Shown here: positions 22,521-33,638 of the stretch, piece after piece | How positions within the stretch are numbered: the first letter of the stretch is position 1 | How the letters are laid out: the number at the start of each line of letters is the position of its first letter | Assembly (NCBI GenBank): GCA_963774445.1 | Contig: CAVZFC010000035.1 | Location: 197,470-261,469, forward strand | Source of the DNA: an uncultured delta proteobacterium | GTDB lineage: Bacteria > Myxococcota_A > Polyangia > Haliangiales > Haliangiaceae | Direction of reading: 5' to 3' | Length of the DNA: 64,000 nt | Position numbers and translations under genes: made by a program | Notes under the pieces: generated by a model | Seen by the model: the letters and a program-made list of their open reading frames with translations, nothing else | Told to the model about the DNA's origin: nothing | Databases searched by the model: none

Positions 22521-23012
22521 CTAACGATCGCGCCGGCGCCGGAGCAACACGTAGAGTGCTCCGGCGCCGCCGTCTTTCGGCAGCGCGCGGCAGAACGCCA
22601 GCACGTGAGTGGCGGCGTGGCCGCGCATCAGCTCGTCGGCGGCCAGCTCGGGAAGGACGCCGGCACCGCCGGAGTGGGCGCCGCGGCCGTGGATCACCAG
22701 CAGGCAGCGGGCGCCGCGTTCGGCGGCGGCGCGCACGCGATCGGCGAGCACCGCGCGGGCGTCGTCGGCGCGGAGCCCGTGCATGTCGAGGCGCTCGTCG
22801 GGCGGGATGCGACCGGCGCGCAGGTCGGCCATGCGCCGGTCGTTGACCCCGGCGGCGCGGCCGCCCTCCGGTTCGGCTTGCAGGCGAGTGGCCGGCGCGA
22901 CCCGCGGGGTCTCTCCTCGCCCACGCCGCGGAGCGACCCGGTCCCGGTCGGCGATGCAATCGACGCCGCGCATCGCCTCGGCGAACAGGTCGTCTTCGTC
23001 CTCGCCGGCCAT
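22521..23012 (-). CDS. stand-alone Smr-domain protein (MutS2 C-terminal-like nuclease fold)
   Basis: LDMHGLRADDARAVLADRV…CLLVIHGRGAHSGG matches the Smr consensus. Confidence 0.7.
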   Translation of the reverse strand: MAGEDEDDLFAEAMRGVDCIADRDRVAPRRGRGETPRVAPATRLQAEPEGGRAAGVNDRRMADLRAGRIPPDERLDMHGLRADDARAVLADRVRAAAERGARCLLVIHGRGAHSGGAGVLPELAADELMRGHAATHVLAFCRALPKDGGAGALYVLLRRRRDR

Positions 23013-23045
23013 GAGCGGATCATAGCGCGGCCGGACCGCCGCGGC

Positions 23046-24110
23046 TCAGCGGTACAGGATCAGCAGGGCCGACAACAGATATTGCGGCTCGGTGTGCGAC
23101 CCGCCGTCGTAGTCGCAGCCGCCGGCGATGCAACCGGTGCACGGCGCGGCGTCGGGTCGGCAGCTGTTTTCGTACGCGGCGACGTCGTAGCCGATGGTGA
23201 CGTCGCCGCCGCCGCTGGGCACGCCGCCGGTCACCAGGGCGAACCAGTAGTGAACCGTGGCGCCCGGGCACCAGCCGGCGCGGGCAAGGGTGTAGGTGCC
23301 CTGCTGATCCGGGACAGCGGTGGTCGCGCAGTCGTCGCGCCAGATCGTCCGCGTGCTCGGGGCGCCGCCGACGTCGATGGTGTGCTCGCGGGAGCAGAAC
23401 TCGGCGCAGTTCTCGGCGTTGCCCTGACCGTGCCCGGTGACGATACCGCGCATCGCTACGGTGCCGGCTCCCGGCGGCACGGTAACGGTGGTCTGGCGCG
23501 CGGTCGGTTGCGCCGGGTCGCCGTAGACGACGCTCTCGGGTGACCAGATCGGGATCACCGCGTACGGCTCGGGCGACGGGATGCCGCCGGTGTAGTCCAG
23601 GGACAGGTCGACCAGCCAGCCGGTTCCCTGGTCGCTGCCGGGGCCGACCCACGTGTCGATGAAGAGGCGTACGGTCTGCTCGCCGCGGAGCAGCGGCGAG
23701 ACGTCGGTGACGTCGATCTGGAAGTCGCCGCCGACGCGATACGGGGTGACGAAGCGGGCGATCTCAATCTCTCGCTCGTCGGCGGTGCCCGCCGCCTCGA
23801 CGATGGAGACCCGTCCGACCCGGTCCCACCAGTCGCAGCCACCGGTCGGGCAGGAGAGTCCAATATGCAGCGTCACCATCTGGTACGCCAGGTTGACGTC
23901 GGGAAGGACCACGTCGGTGTCGACGGTGCGCCGATTGGGATCGCCGAAGTAGACGTGCTCGCCGGAGAAAATGTCAACCTGCCGGTCTGGCCCGATCGGG
24001 CCGCCGCCGCCGTCACCGCCGCTGCCGCTTCCGCCGCTGCCACAGGCCGACATGATCGCCAGGGTCGCGAACGCGACAGAGCGCGCGCAAGCTCGGGAGC
24101 AGAGGGTCAT
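23046..24110 (-). CDS. PNGase F-like peptide-N4-(N-acetyl-beta-glucosaminyl)asparagine amidase, lipoprotein
   Basis: IARFVTPYRVGGDFQIDVTDVSPLLRGEQTVRLFIDTW, CAEFCSREHTIDVG and ARAGWCPGATV align with PNGase F core blocks. Lipobox IMSAC. Confidence 0.75.
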   Translation of the reverse strand: MTLCSRACARSVAFATLAIMSACGSGGSGSGGDGGGGPIGPDRQVDIFSGEHVYFGDPNRRTVDTDVVLPDVNLAYQMVTLHIGLSCPTGGCDWWDRVGRVSIVEAAGTADEREIEIARFVTPYRVGGDFQIDVTDVSPLLRGEQTVRLFIDTWVGPGSDQGTGWLVDLSLDYTGGIPSPEPYAVIPIWSPESVVYGDPAQPTARQTTVTVPPGAGTVAMRGIVTGHGQGNAENCAEFCSREHTIDVGGAPSTRTIWRDDCATTAVPDQQGTYTLARAGWCPGATVHYWFALVTGGVPSGGGDVTIGYDVAAYENSCRPDAAPCTGCIAGGCDYDGGSHTEPQYLLSALLILYR

Positions 24111-24196
24111 CGAGCCCGGCACCTTGGCAGACGGCAGCCGGCGCGGTCAACGGCGCGGTCCGCCACAGGCTCTCGCGGGAGTTCCCTCACAGCGAG

Positions 24197-26283
<2,087 letters not shown>

Positions 26284-26302
<19 letters not shown>

Positions 26303-27030
26303 GCGTCGCGGCAGCAGCGGAAGCCGATCTCGTAGAAGCGGAACGGGTCGGCGTGCACGGTGATGTTGCTCTGGCAGGTGCGCGACTCGGCCCAGTAGCG
26401 CCCCTTGAGGTTGCCGTCGTATTCGGGTCCGCCGCTGGTCCGGCGTCGCGTCCACTCCTCGACGTTGCCGACCAGATCGAGCACACCGGCGGCGCCGCGG
26501 CAGTCGGCATTGTCGCCGCTGCCCTCCCCTTGATAGAGGGCGGCGACGTGATCGGCAGCGGCTGCTGCAGTTGGCGATACGGCGCGCGCCCGCGTGAACA
26601 GCTCGTCGAGCGAGGTGACGTCGGGGGCGGAGACGCCGGACGGCCAGCCGTTGAGCAAGGTCTGGTCGTAGGCGATCCAGGTCTGCTCGTCGTTGCACAG
26701 GCCGGGGACGCGCGTGTTGCCGTAGGGGTAGGCGTTGCCGCCGGGCCCGGCACAGGCGGCCAGCCACTCGTCGTCGAAGCAGAGCCGCTTGCCGCGGGCG
26801 CCGCACCAGGCCTCGGCCTCGTGAAAGTCGTACATCACCAGTGGCAGGGCGCCGGGCAGGTTGGGCGCCTCGTAGAAGTCCATGCAGGTGTTGCCGACCA
26901 GCGCCATGTCGGCCGGGCAGGCGCCGGCGTCGGCGGGCGCCGCAGCGTCCCTGGCGCGGGCGGCGTCAGCGCGGGCGCCGCCCGCATCGACCGCCGCCGG
27001 TTGGTCGGAGCAAGCCCCGACCAACGCCAT
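26284..27030 (-). CDS. formylglycine-generating-enzyme (FGE/SUMF1) family protein, lipoprotein
   Basis: FGE-sulfatase fold signatures (RLCFDDEWLAACAG, GNVEEWT, RGGSW-like region) and lipobox MALVGAC. Lies directly downstream of the Cys-repeat protein on the same strand. Confidence 0.75.
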
Positions 27031-27035
27031 CACGG

Positions 27036-27440
27036 TCAGCGGCAGTAGGCGTCGTTGCCGCGAACGATGGCCTTGCACGCGTCGCTCGAGCAGTAGGCGT
27101 CGTTCTTGCGAACGTAGCCCTTGCAGTCGCTGGTCTTGCAGTAGGCGTCGTTCTTGCGAACGACCGCCTTGCAGTCGCCGGTCTTGCAGTAGGCGTCGTT
27201 GCCGCGCACGACCGCCTTGCAGTCGTCGGTGTCGCAGTAGGCGTCGTTGTTCCGGACCAGCGCCTTGCAGTCGCCGGTCTTGCAGTAGGCGTCATTGCCG
27301 CGCACCAGCGCCTTGCAGTCGTCGCCCGACCAGTGGCGATAGCCGGCCTTCAGCGGTCCGACCTTGCTCTCGGCGCGAATCAGGCCAACGGCGGCGGTGA
27401 GGATGATGGCGGCGGTGAGTACGGATGCGGCTGTGCGCAC
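27036..27440 (-). CDS. small secreted protein made of six tandem 16-aa double-cysteine repeats (DCKA[LV]VRxNDAYCxxx)
   Basis: Signal peptide VRTAASVLTAAIILTAAVGLIRA, then 6 near-identical repeats encoded by a 48-bp DNA tandem repeat. Start uncertain (27440 GTG or 27503). Confidence 0.6.
   Translation of the reverse strand: MRTAASVLTAAIILTAAVGLIRAESKVGPLKAGYRHWSGDDCKALVRGNDAYCKTGDCKALVRNNDAYCDTDDCKAVVRGNDAYCKTGDCKAVVRKNDAYCKTSDCKGYVRKNDAYCSSDACKAIVRGNDAYCR
27043..27330 (-). repeat. six copies of a 48-bp coding tandem repeat
   Basis: The repeated unit gcagtaggcgtcgtt[gc]…cttgcagtcg… is visible directly in the sequence. Confidence 0.8.
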
Positions 27441-27542
27441 GGGTAGGCCCTTTCCAGACGGTGCTCCGAATCTAATGGAAGGGTGGCCCGACCGCCACTG
27501 CAAATGCCCTCCCGGGGGGCGTTATGCGCTAAAAAGGGCGCC

Positions 27543-28619
27543 ATGGACAACGCAGGCGACTCCCGCCGCTCCGAGGGACGAGGAGACCCGACCCCGGAGC
27601 TGCGCAAGCTCCTCGAGCTGGCGACGAAGTATCCGGAGATCGGCCCGCCCGTGGCGGAGCTGGCATTCAAGCTCGGCTTCTCCGAGATCGGCGAGCGGGT
27701 GGTCAAGCTGGGCACCGAGGGTGACGCGCCCGGCGTCGAGTTCTACTTCGTCACCGCGCACGCCGCGCGGCGCGAGAAGCGCTGGGCCGACGCGATGCGC
27801 GCCACCGTGGATGCCGCCCGCGCCTATGTCGACGCCCCCGCCGAGGCGCGCGGCGAAGAGGACCAGAGTCGACTGTTGCACCTGGTGCGGCTCGGCTTCG
27901 CCACGCTGCTGTTCGAGGTCGGCGACGTGCGCGGCGAGCCGTGGTTCGTCGACGCGCTCGGTGAGATCTTCCCCCGGCTCGAAGAGGAGCTGGGCAGCGA
28001 TCCGTTCTTCCGCACGCTGGTCGCGCAGCAAGCCTGGTTCGCCGATCGCGAGCGCAGCGAGGCCGAGTGGGACCGCGCCGCCGAGCTGGGCAGCGCCGAG
28101 CTGACCTGGAACGCGCGCGGCACCTGGTACAAGGAAGCCGAGAAGGATGTGGATGGCGCCGAGCGCGCCTACCGCCGCGGCCTCGAGGTCGAGCCGCACA
28201 GCGCGCTGCTCATGCACAACCTGGCGCAGGTCCTGGTCGACCGCGCGGAGAAGCCGGAGACCAAGCCGCCGCAGGCGCGCAAGCTGTTGGGCGAGGCCGA
28301 GCAGCTGTTGCGCGACGGCCTGCGCGAAGACGCGCCCAAGGTGCGACGGCACATCCACGCCACCCGTGATCGGCTCTACGATCTGCGGCGCAAGCTGCCC
28401 AAGCCGCCGCGCCAGGGCGGCGAGCGCGGCGATCGGCGCGACCGCAGCGGCAACAACAAGGGTGGCAACCGCCGCGGCGGCAAGCCCTCCGGCGGCAAGC
28501 CCGGCGACGATCGGCGCGACGGCGCCAACTCGCCGGCGGTCAAGAAGTTCCTCAGCGAAGGCAAGGTCAACCTGGGCGAGATGATCCTGGCCAAGCTGAA
28601 GGAGCAGGGCCGGGACTAG
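27543..28619 (+). CDS. hypothetical helical (TPR-like) protein with a basic Gly/Arg-rich C-terminal tail
   Basis: Protein-like composition, an amphipathic helical repeat character, and the tail RQGGERGDRRDRSGNNKGGNRRGGKPSGGKPGDDRR. Confidence 0.5.
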   Translation: MDNAGDSRRSEGRGDPTPELRKLLELATKYPEIGPPVAELAFKLGFSEIGERVVKLGTEGDAPGVEFYFVTAHAARREKRWADAMRATVDAARAYVDAPAEARGEEDQSRLLHLVRLGFATLLFEVGDVRGEPWFVDALGEIFPRLEEELGSDPFFRTLVAQQAWFADRERSEAEWDRAAELGSAELTWNARGTWYKEAEKDVDGAERAYRRGLEVEPHSALLMHNLAQVLVDRAEKPETKPPQARKLLGEAEQLLRDGLREDAPKVRRHIHATRDRLYDLRRKLPKPPRQGGERGDRRDRSGNNKGGNRRGGKPSGGKPGDDRRDGANSPAVKKFLSEGKVNLGEMILAKLKEQGRD

Positions 28620-28633
28620 GGCGGCCCGCTGGG

Positions 28634-29269
28634 TCAGAAGCGGTAGGTCAGGCCGACGGTGCCGCCGGCGCCGTGCTTGGCCGGGGCCAGGTTGAGCCCC
28701 CAGCGCGGCTGCGGTTGCAAGCCCAGCCGCCAGCGCAGGGCGCGGACCTCGGAGTTGTGGTGCGCGGGTCCGGCCCAGACGTCGACGATCTCCCACAGGC
28801 GCAGCACGCCGAGGGCGATCGCGCTGAAGGCGAGCCAACCCTCGTTGCAGGTCGACGGGCCGTCGAGAGTCTCGTCGATGCAGTCGGTCATGGTCGAGAT
28901 CATCAGCGCCATTGCGCCGATCTCGCCTCCGGTGAAGATCCAGCCGCGGTCGCTCCAGCGGCCCTGGACGGCGTGGCCGAGGCCGAAGCCGAAGAAGGTG
29001 CCGATCAGGCCGCCGCCGACGATCTCGCCCTGCGAGTATTCGCCGCGCTGGAGCAGCATCTGCTCGTGCGGCGTCAGCTGGTAGACCGGTCGCTGGCACT
29101 GTGGTGCGTTCTGGCACGGCACCGGTTGCGTGTACGGCACCGGTTGCGTGTACGGCCCCGGTGCGGGCGGCGGCGGTTGCGGGTAGGTGCGACCCGGCTG
29201 CGCCGACGCCACGCCCGCGAGCGATCCCAGAACCCCCACCAGCACCGTGAACCGGCTGACCCAGCGCAT
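28634..29269 (-). CDS. secreted/membrane hypothetical protein with a Pro/Gln-rich N-terminus and a C-terminal aromatic residue
   Basis: Signal peptide MRWVSRFTVLVGVLGSLAGVASA, hydrophobic segments, and a terminal …TVGLTYRF. Confidence 0.5.
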   Translation of the reverse strand: MRWVSRFTVLVGVLGSLAGVASAQPGRTYPQPPPPAPGPYTQPVPYTQPVPCQNAPQCQRPVYQLTPHEQMLLQRGEYSQGEIVGGGLIGTFFGFGLGHAVQGRWSDRGWIFTGGEIGAMALMISTMTDCIDETLDGPSTCNEGWLAFSAIALGVLRLWEIVDVWAGPAHHNSEVRALRWRLGLQPQPRWGLNLAPAKHGAGGTVGLTYRF

Positions 29270-29350
29270 GGGTCAACGCTAGCACGCCGAAGGGCGCGTC
29301 CGGATGGCAACGATCGGCTTGCCGCCTGGCGTGCGCGACGTCACGCGGCG

Positions 29351-30931
29351 TTATTGCGCGCCGTCTTCCGGAGTCATCGGTCCCAGGCCGCCGTACTCCT
29401 TGCGCTGATCGCTCGTGAGCTGGCGCGCGGCGGCGATGTCGCCCAGGACGGTGGCACCTTCGGTGGGCGTGCGCTCGTAGGTGTCGTAGTTCACGCGGTA
29501 CAGCCCGAAGTGAGGGGTGAAGCCCTGATTCCACTCGAAGTTGTCGGTCAGGCTCCAGTGGTAATAGCCGCGCACGTCAACGCCGTCGTCGATCGCCCGC
29601 TGGATCTGCTCGAGCGAGCGGACGACGTGCTCGGCGCGGCGGCGGCCGACATCGGTGGCGATGCCCGACTCGGTCACCGTCAGCGGCAGGTCGGGCCAGC
29701 GCTGGGAGAAGTCGGCCAGCACGTTGTACAGGCCCGGCTCGTAATACTCGTAGCCCATGGTCGGCACCCAGTGAGTCGGGTCCTCCGGTGCCAGGCAGGA
29801 GCCGAGGTCGAAGCCGCCGAAGCAGACCATGGCGTCAACGCCGGGGATGATGGCGCGGTCGGCCGAGACGCTGATGCGGCTGTAGTACTGCACGCCCAGC
29901 CAGTCCAGCTTGCCCGCCCAGTCCGGGTGGCTCTCCTCGTAGGTGCCGTCAAGGTTCGAGTCGAAGGCGCCCTCGCGCAGCGCCTCGATGAACTCGTAGT
30001 GGTAGGCGTTGCGCACCCGCTCGGTGGCGGCGAGGTCGTCAGGGTTGTCGCTGGGCAGGTTGTCGCGCGCGGGCACCCACTCGGCGACGCTGAGGGTGAG
30101 CCCAACGCTGGCGGCCACGCCGTCGCCGTCGGCGTCGACCGTGTCGTACTGCTTGAGCGCGTCGTACATCGCCACGTGCGCGCGCACGTAGCCGCGGAAG
30201 ACGTCCATGAACCTGGGAAAGTCACTGATCAGCAGGCTGCGCCCCGGCGGCATGAAGCCGACGCCGTAGCTGGCAATGAGGTAGTTGACCGGCTCGTTCA
30301 CCGTGGCCCACTCGTCAACCCGGTCGCCGTAGCGCTCGGCCAGCAGCCTGGCATGGGCGGCCATCGCCGCGACGATGGCGTCGGCGCCGTCGGGATAGTT
30401 CCAGCCGCACAGGTAGTCGGCGGTGACGCCATCGGGGCAGCCAACGACGCGCGGGTCGGCGACCCAGGTCGGGTTGGAGAAGTGGTGGATCGTGATCATC
30501 GGCTTGATGCCGCGCTCGACCAGCGCGTCGATCAGCGCGTCGTAGTGGGCCAGGGCGGCCTCGTCGATCACCCCCGGCTGCGGCTCGATGCGCGCCCATT
30601 CGATGCTGAAGCGATACGAGTCGAGGTGCATCGCCGCGAGCAGATCGATGTCGTCGATCGCGTGGGTGTAGCCCATGGTCGCGTCGCCGACGAAGGTGTC
30701 CTTGCCGAGTCCGCCGTCGGCCGTCGGCGCCGTCCACGCCCACCAGTCGGTGTTCGTGTCCATATCCTCGATCTGCGTCGCCGCCGTCGACGCGCCGAAG
30801 CGGAAGCTGCCCTTGCCCGACGGCGCCGAAATCGAGCCCGGCGTCGCGAAGTCGATCGTCGGCGGCGGATCGTTGCCGCACGCGGTGGCGAGGAGCAGGG
30901 CCGAGAGCGCGAGAACCGACAGCGTACGCAC
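29351..30931 (-). CDS. glycoside hydrolase family 1 beta-glucosidase, lipoprotein
   Basis: GH1 signatures RFSIEWARIEP, the acid/base region TVNEP and the nucleophile region VTESG, plus HWSLTDNFEW. Lipobox LLATAC. Confidence 0.85.
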   Translation of the reverse strand: MRTLSVLALSALLLATACGNDPPPTIDFATPGSISAPSGKGSFRFGASTAATQIEDMDTNTDWWAWTAPTADGGLGKDTFVGDATMGYTHAIDDIDLLAAMHLDSYRFSIEWARIEPQPGVIDEAALAHYDALIDALVERGIKPMITIHHFSNPTWVADPRVVGCPDGVTADYLCGWNYPDGADAIVAAMAAHARLLAERYGDRVDEWATVNEPVNYLIASYGVGFMPPGRSLLISDFPRFMDVFRGYVRAHVAMYDALKQYDTVDADGDGVAASVGLTLSVAEWVPARDNLPSDNPDDLAATERVRNAYHYEFIEALREGAFDSNLDGTYEESHPDWAGKLDWLGVQYYSRISVSADRAIIPGVDAMVCFGGFDLGSCLAPEDPTHWVPTMGYEYYEPGLYNVLADFSQRWPDLPLTVTESGIATDVGRRRAEHVVRSLEQIQRAIDDGVDVRGYYHWSLTDNFEWNQGFTPHFGLYRVNYDTYERTPTEGATVLGDIAAARQLTSDQRKEYGGLGPMTPEDGAQ

Positions 30932-30985
30932 ACCTTCACATACGCGAGATATCGGGCCAGTCCAAGCGCAATCCGCGCGCGCGCG

Positions 30986-33016
30986 TCAGCCTTCCGTGGG
31001 CTCGTCGGGTGCATCCCCCAGGCCGAGCAGGGCGCGGATGTCAACGCCGCCATTGGTCCGGCCGGGGGCGAGCGGCAGGTGTGCGAGCAGACGCGCGGCG
31101 ACATCGGCGACGCTGTCGCCGCCGAGGATCGCCAGCGGCGACAGGTTGCGCGACAGCTCGCCGGCGAGCTTCTGGCCGGCCACGGTTCGCAACGTGGCGA
31201 CCAGCTCGGGGGCGATCGCTTCCATCTCGGTGCGAAAGGCAGCAGCGCGGGCTTCCAGGCGGCGGCGCTCGACCTCGCTATCTTCGGCGGCCAGAGCGAG
31301 GCGGGTTCGCTCGAGGCGATCCAGGGCGTCGGCCTCGGCGGCGGCGCGGCCCACGCGCTCCAGCCGGTCAACCTCGACGCGGGTGCCGGCCTCGGCCAGC
31401 GCCAGCTCGCGGGCGCGCGCCTCCAGCGCGGCCCGGGCGGTGTCGGTCTCGGCGCGGGCCTCGAGGATCGCCCGCTCGACCCGCTGCTCGAGCTCCTGAT
31501 CGCCCAGTCGCAGCTCGGCCTGCTTGCGCGTGATGTCCGAGACAATCGCCACCCGCTGGGCGTCGCACAGGAGGTCGTCGACATCGTCGTCGAGGATGCG
31601 CACGTCGAGTACCTCGACGTCGTAGACCCACAGGCCGTTTTCGGCGAAGTGGCGGCCCTCACGCTCGCCGCCGTCGGTGCGCGCACCGAGGACGGCCGTG
31701 CGCAGGACGTCGGTCGACCGGGCGTGGAACGACTCGATCGGCGTCGCCCGCGCGGCGGCGCGAATGATCGACGCCAGGTGGTCGCACAGCAGGCCGACGT
31801 AGTCCTTGACGTTGAACCAGCGCTCGCTGTCGCCGGCGAACGACACCCGGTACGACAGGTCGACCTCCAGCCCGACGTGGTCGGCGGTCTTGACGGCGAC
31901 GCGGTCCGAGACCTTGTTGCCCTGGATGCGCAAGAAACAGGTGGGCAAGAGCGTGTCGTCCGACTTGGGTCGTCCCGTCGACAGCGTCAGCGTTTCGAGC
32001 TCCTCGTCGTAGGCGAGCACGCGCGTGGTCGGCCCGATCACCACCTCGCGGCGATCGCGTGCGGTGACCATGACCGCGGTGCTGGGCGGCACGTAGATGG
32101 TGGGCGCGCGATCGTCGCCCGCGGCGGCGACCTGGTAGTGCGCGCGGGTCGCCGGATCCAGCCGCCGCCGCACCAGCTCCTCGCGAGTCGGGTTGACCAG
32201 GTAGGTGCGCGGCCCGGCGACGGTGGCGATCCGCCCGCTGGCGCGATCGCGGACGTAGATCGCCTCGCGCTCGGCCAGCGCGATCGGCTCGACGACGCCG
32301 ACCACCTCGAGCGCCTCGGTGGGAAAGAAGTAGCCCTCGCACCCGCGGAGGAACAGATCCTGTCCCGGCTGGTAGTGGCCCGGCGGCACCTGGTCGCCAT
32401 CGGCGGCATCGAACGGCGCGCTGACCCGCAGGTGCAAACCGCCGCGGCCATCCAGGCGCCAGGCCTGGCGCTCGTAGCGGCCGCCGGCGTTGGGCACCAC
32501 CTCGCGCCCGCTGGGCGGGACGTAGAACGACACGTCGCTGCCGCGGATGATGCTCTCGGTGCCGATCGGCGTGCCCGAGCCGTCGTCGTCGTAGACGCGA
32601 ACCACCAGGTACTCGTCGTCGCGAAGCTGGTGGCCGTCGATCACCTGCGCGCGCTGTCCCGGCCACAGGGGAAAGCGGGCGGGGCCGGGCACGACGATCG
32701 TCCGCCCCATGCGCAGCGGCACCGCCGAGCAGGCGCCCTTGACCGGTGTCGCGTCGGCGTCGGCGGCCGGGTTCTCGAGGATGATGTACTGCGACGAGCT
32801 GGCCTCGACGAACGGGTGCACGCCGAGGCCGGCCTCGTCGCCGCGCACCGGGGCGAACCGACCGTCGCGCAGGATCACCATGCGCTCGGTGTTCGACAGG
32901 CTGATCTTGGTAGGCCCGACGTAAAGGACGATGTCGCCCTTGGTCAGGTCTTGCACGTAGGCGTACTCGTTGGGCGCGACCAGGATGTCGCGTTCGCGGA
33001 CTTCACGTTCACTCAT
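30986..33016 (-). CDS. major vault protein (MVP) homolog
   Basis: Multiple MVP repeat domains ([54 protein letters not shown]). The shoulder domain matches [11 protein letters not shown]…[19 protein letters not shown] and [24 protein letters not shown]…LRTAVLG. A C-terminal coiled-coil cap-helix is also present. Confidence 0.85.
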   Translation of the reverse strand: [676 protein letters not shown]

Positions 33017-33176
33017 GCGGTGTCTCCTCCGGCTGTTCACCGGAAGGAAGAGCAACGCGCGTGCCGCGGGCAAGTGGGCGAAAGCGCGTCGGGCGCTTGC
33101 GCCGCTGCGGCGCAGCTGCGCCGCCCCGAAGCAGCGCCGGCGGTTTTCTTGCCGCCTGCGCGTGCCTGTACCTACA

Positions 33177-33629
33177 ATGTCCTACATGTTCGACATCTTC
33201 GACGTAAGTTCGCAGAAACGTTCCAATCCGCGGATTCCGGTCGAGGCGTTCTGCACGGAGATTGTTGACAACGACGGGGCGGAGGCGCTCCGCCACGGGG
33301 TGGTCGTAGACCTTTCGGCCGAGGGGCTGCGCATCCAGCGGCCGCTCTTCGGTCGAATGCCGCGGCTGGTGCGGCTCGAGCTCGAGCTGCCCGAGGTCGA
33401 CGAGGTGATGTGGGCGCAGGGCGCCGTCCGATTCGACGAGATCTGGCGACTGCCGCGGGGCGCCGACGGCGGCCTGTCGGGCGTGGTTCGCACCACCGGG
33501 ATCGAGATCGTTTCGGCGGCGTCGCGCCACCGGCGGATGCTGAACGAGTACGTCGTCGAGAGCTGGCGGCGCGCGCGCGCCGAAGAAGAGGGGTGGTTGC
33601 TCAACGCCTCCTGCTACCTGCGCGGCTGA
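33177..33629 (+). CDS. PilZ-domain protein
   Basis: RxxxR…D.S..G arrangement (RIPVEAFCTEIV…GVVVDLSAEGLRIQ). Divergent from the MVP gene. Confidence 0.6.
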   Translation: MSYMFDIFDVSSQKRSNPRIPVEAFCTEIVDNDGAEALRHGVVVDLSAEGLRIQRPLFGRMPRLVRLELELPEVDEVMWAQGAVRFDEIWRLPRGADGGLSGVVRTTGIEIVSAASRHRRMLNEYVVESWRRARAEEEGWLLNASCYLRG

Positions 33630-33638
33630 CGGCGCCGA

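Noticed and set aside
28673-33268. 1531-aa plus-strand ORF
   Set aside because: It is antisense to the GH1 and MVP genes and has a low-complexity R/A/G/V-rich translation with no domains.
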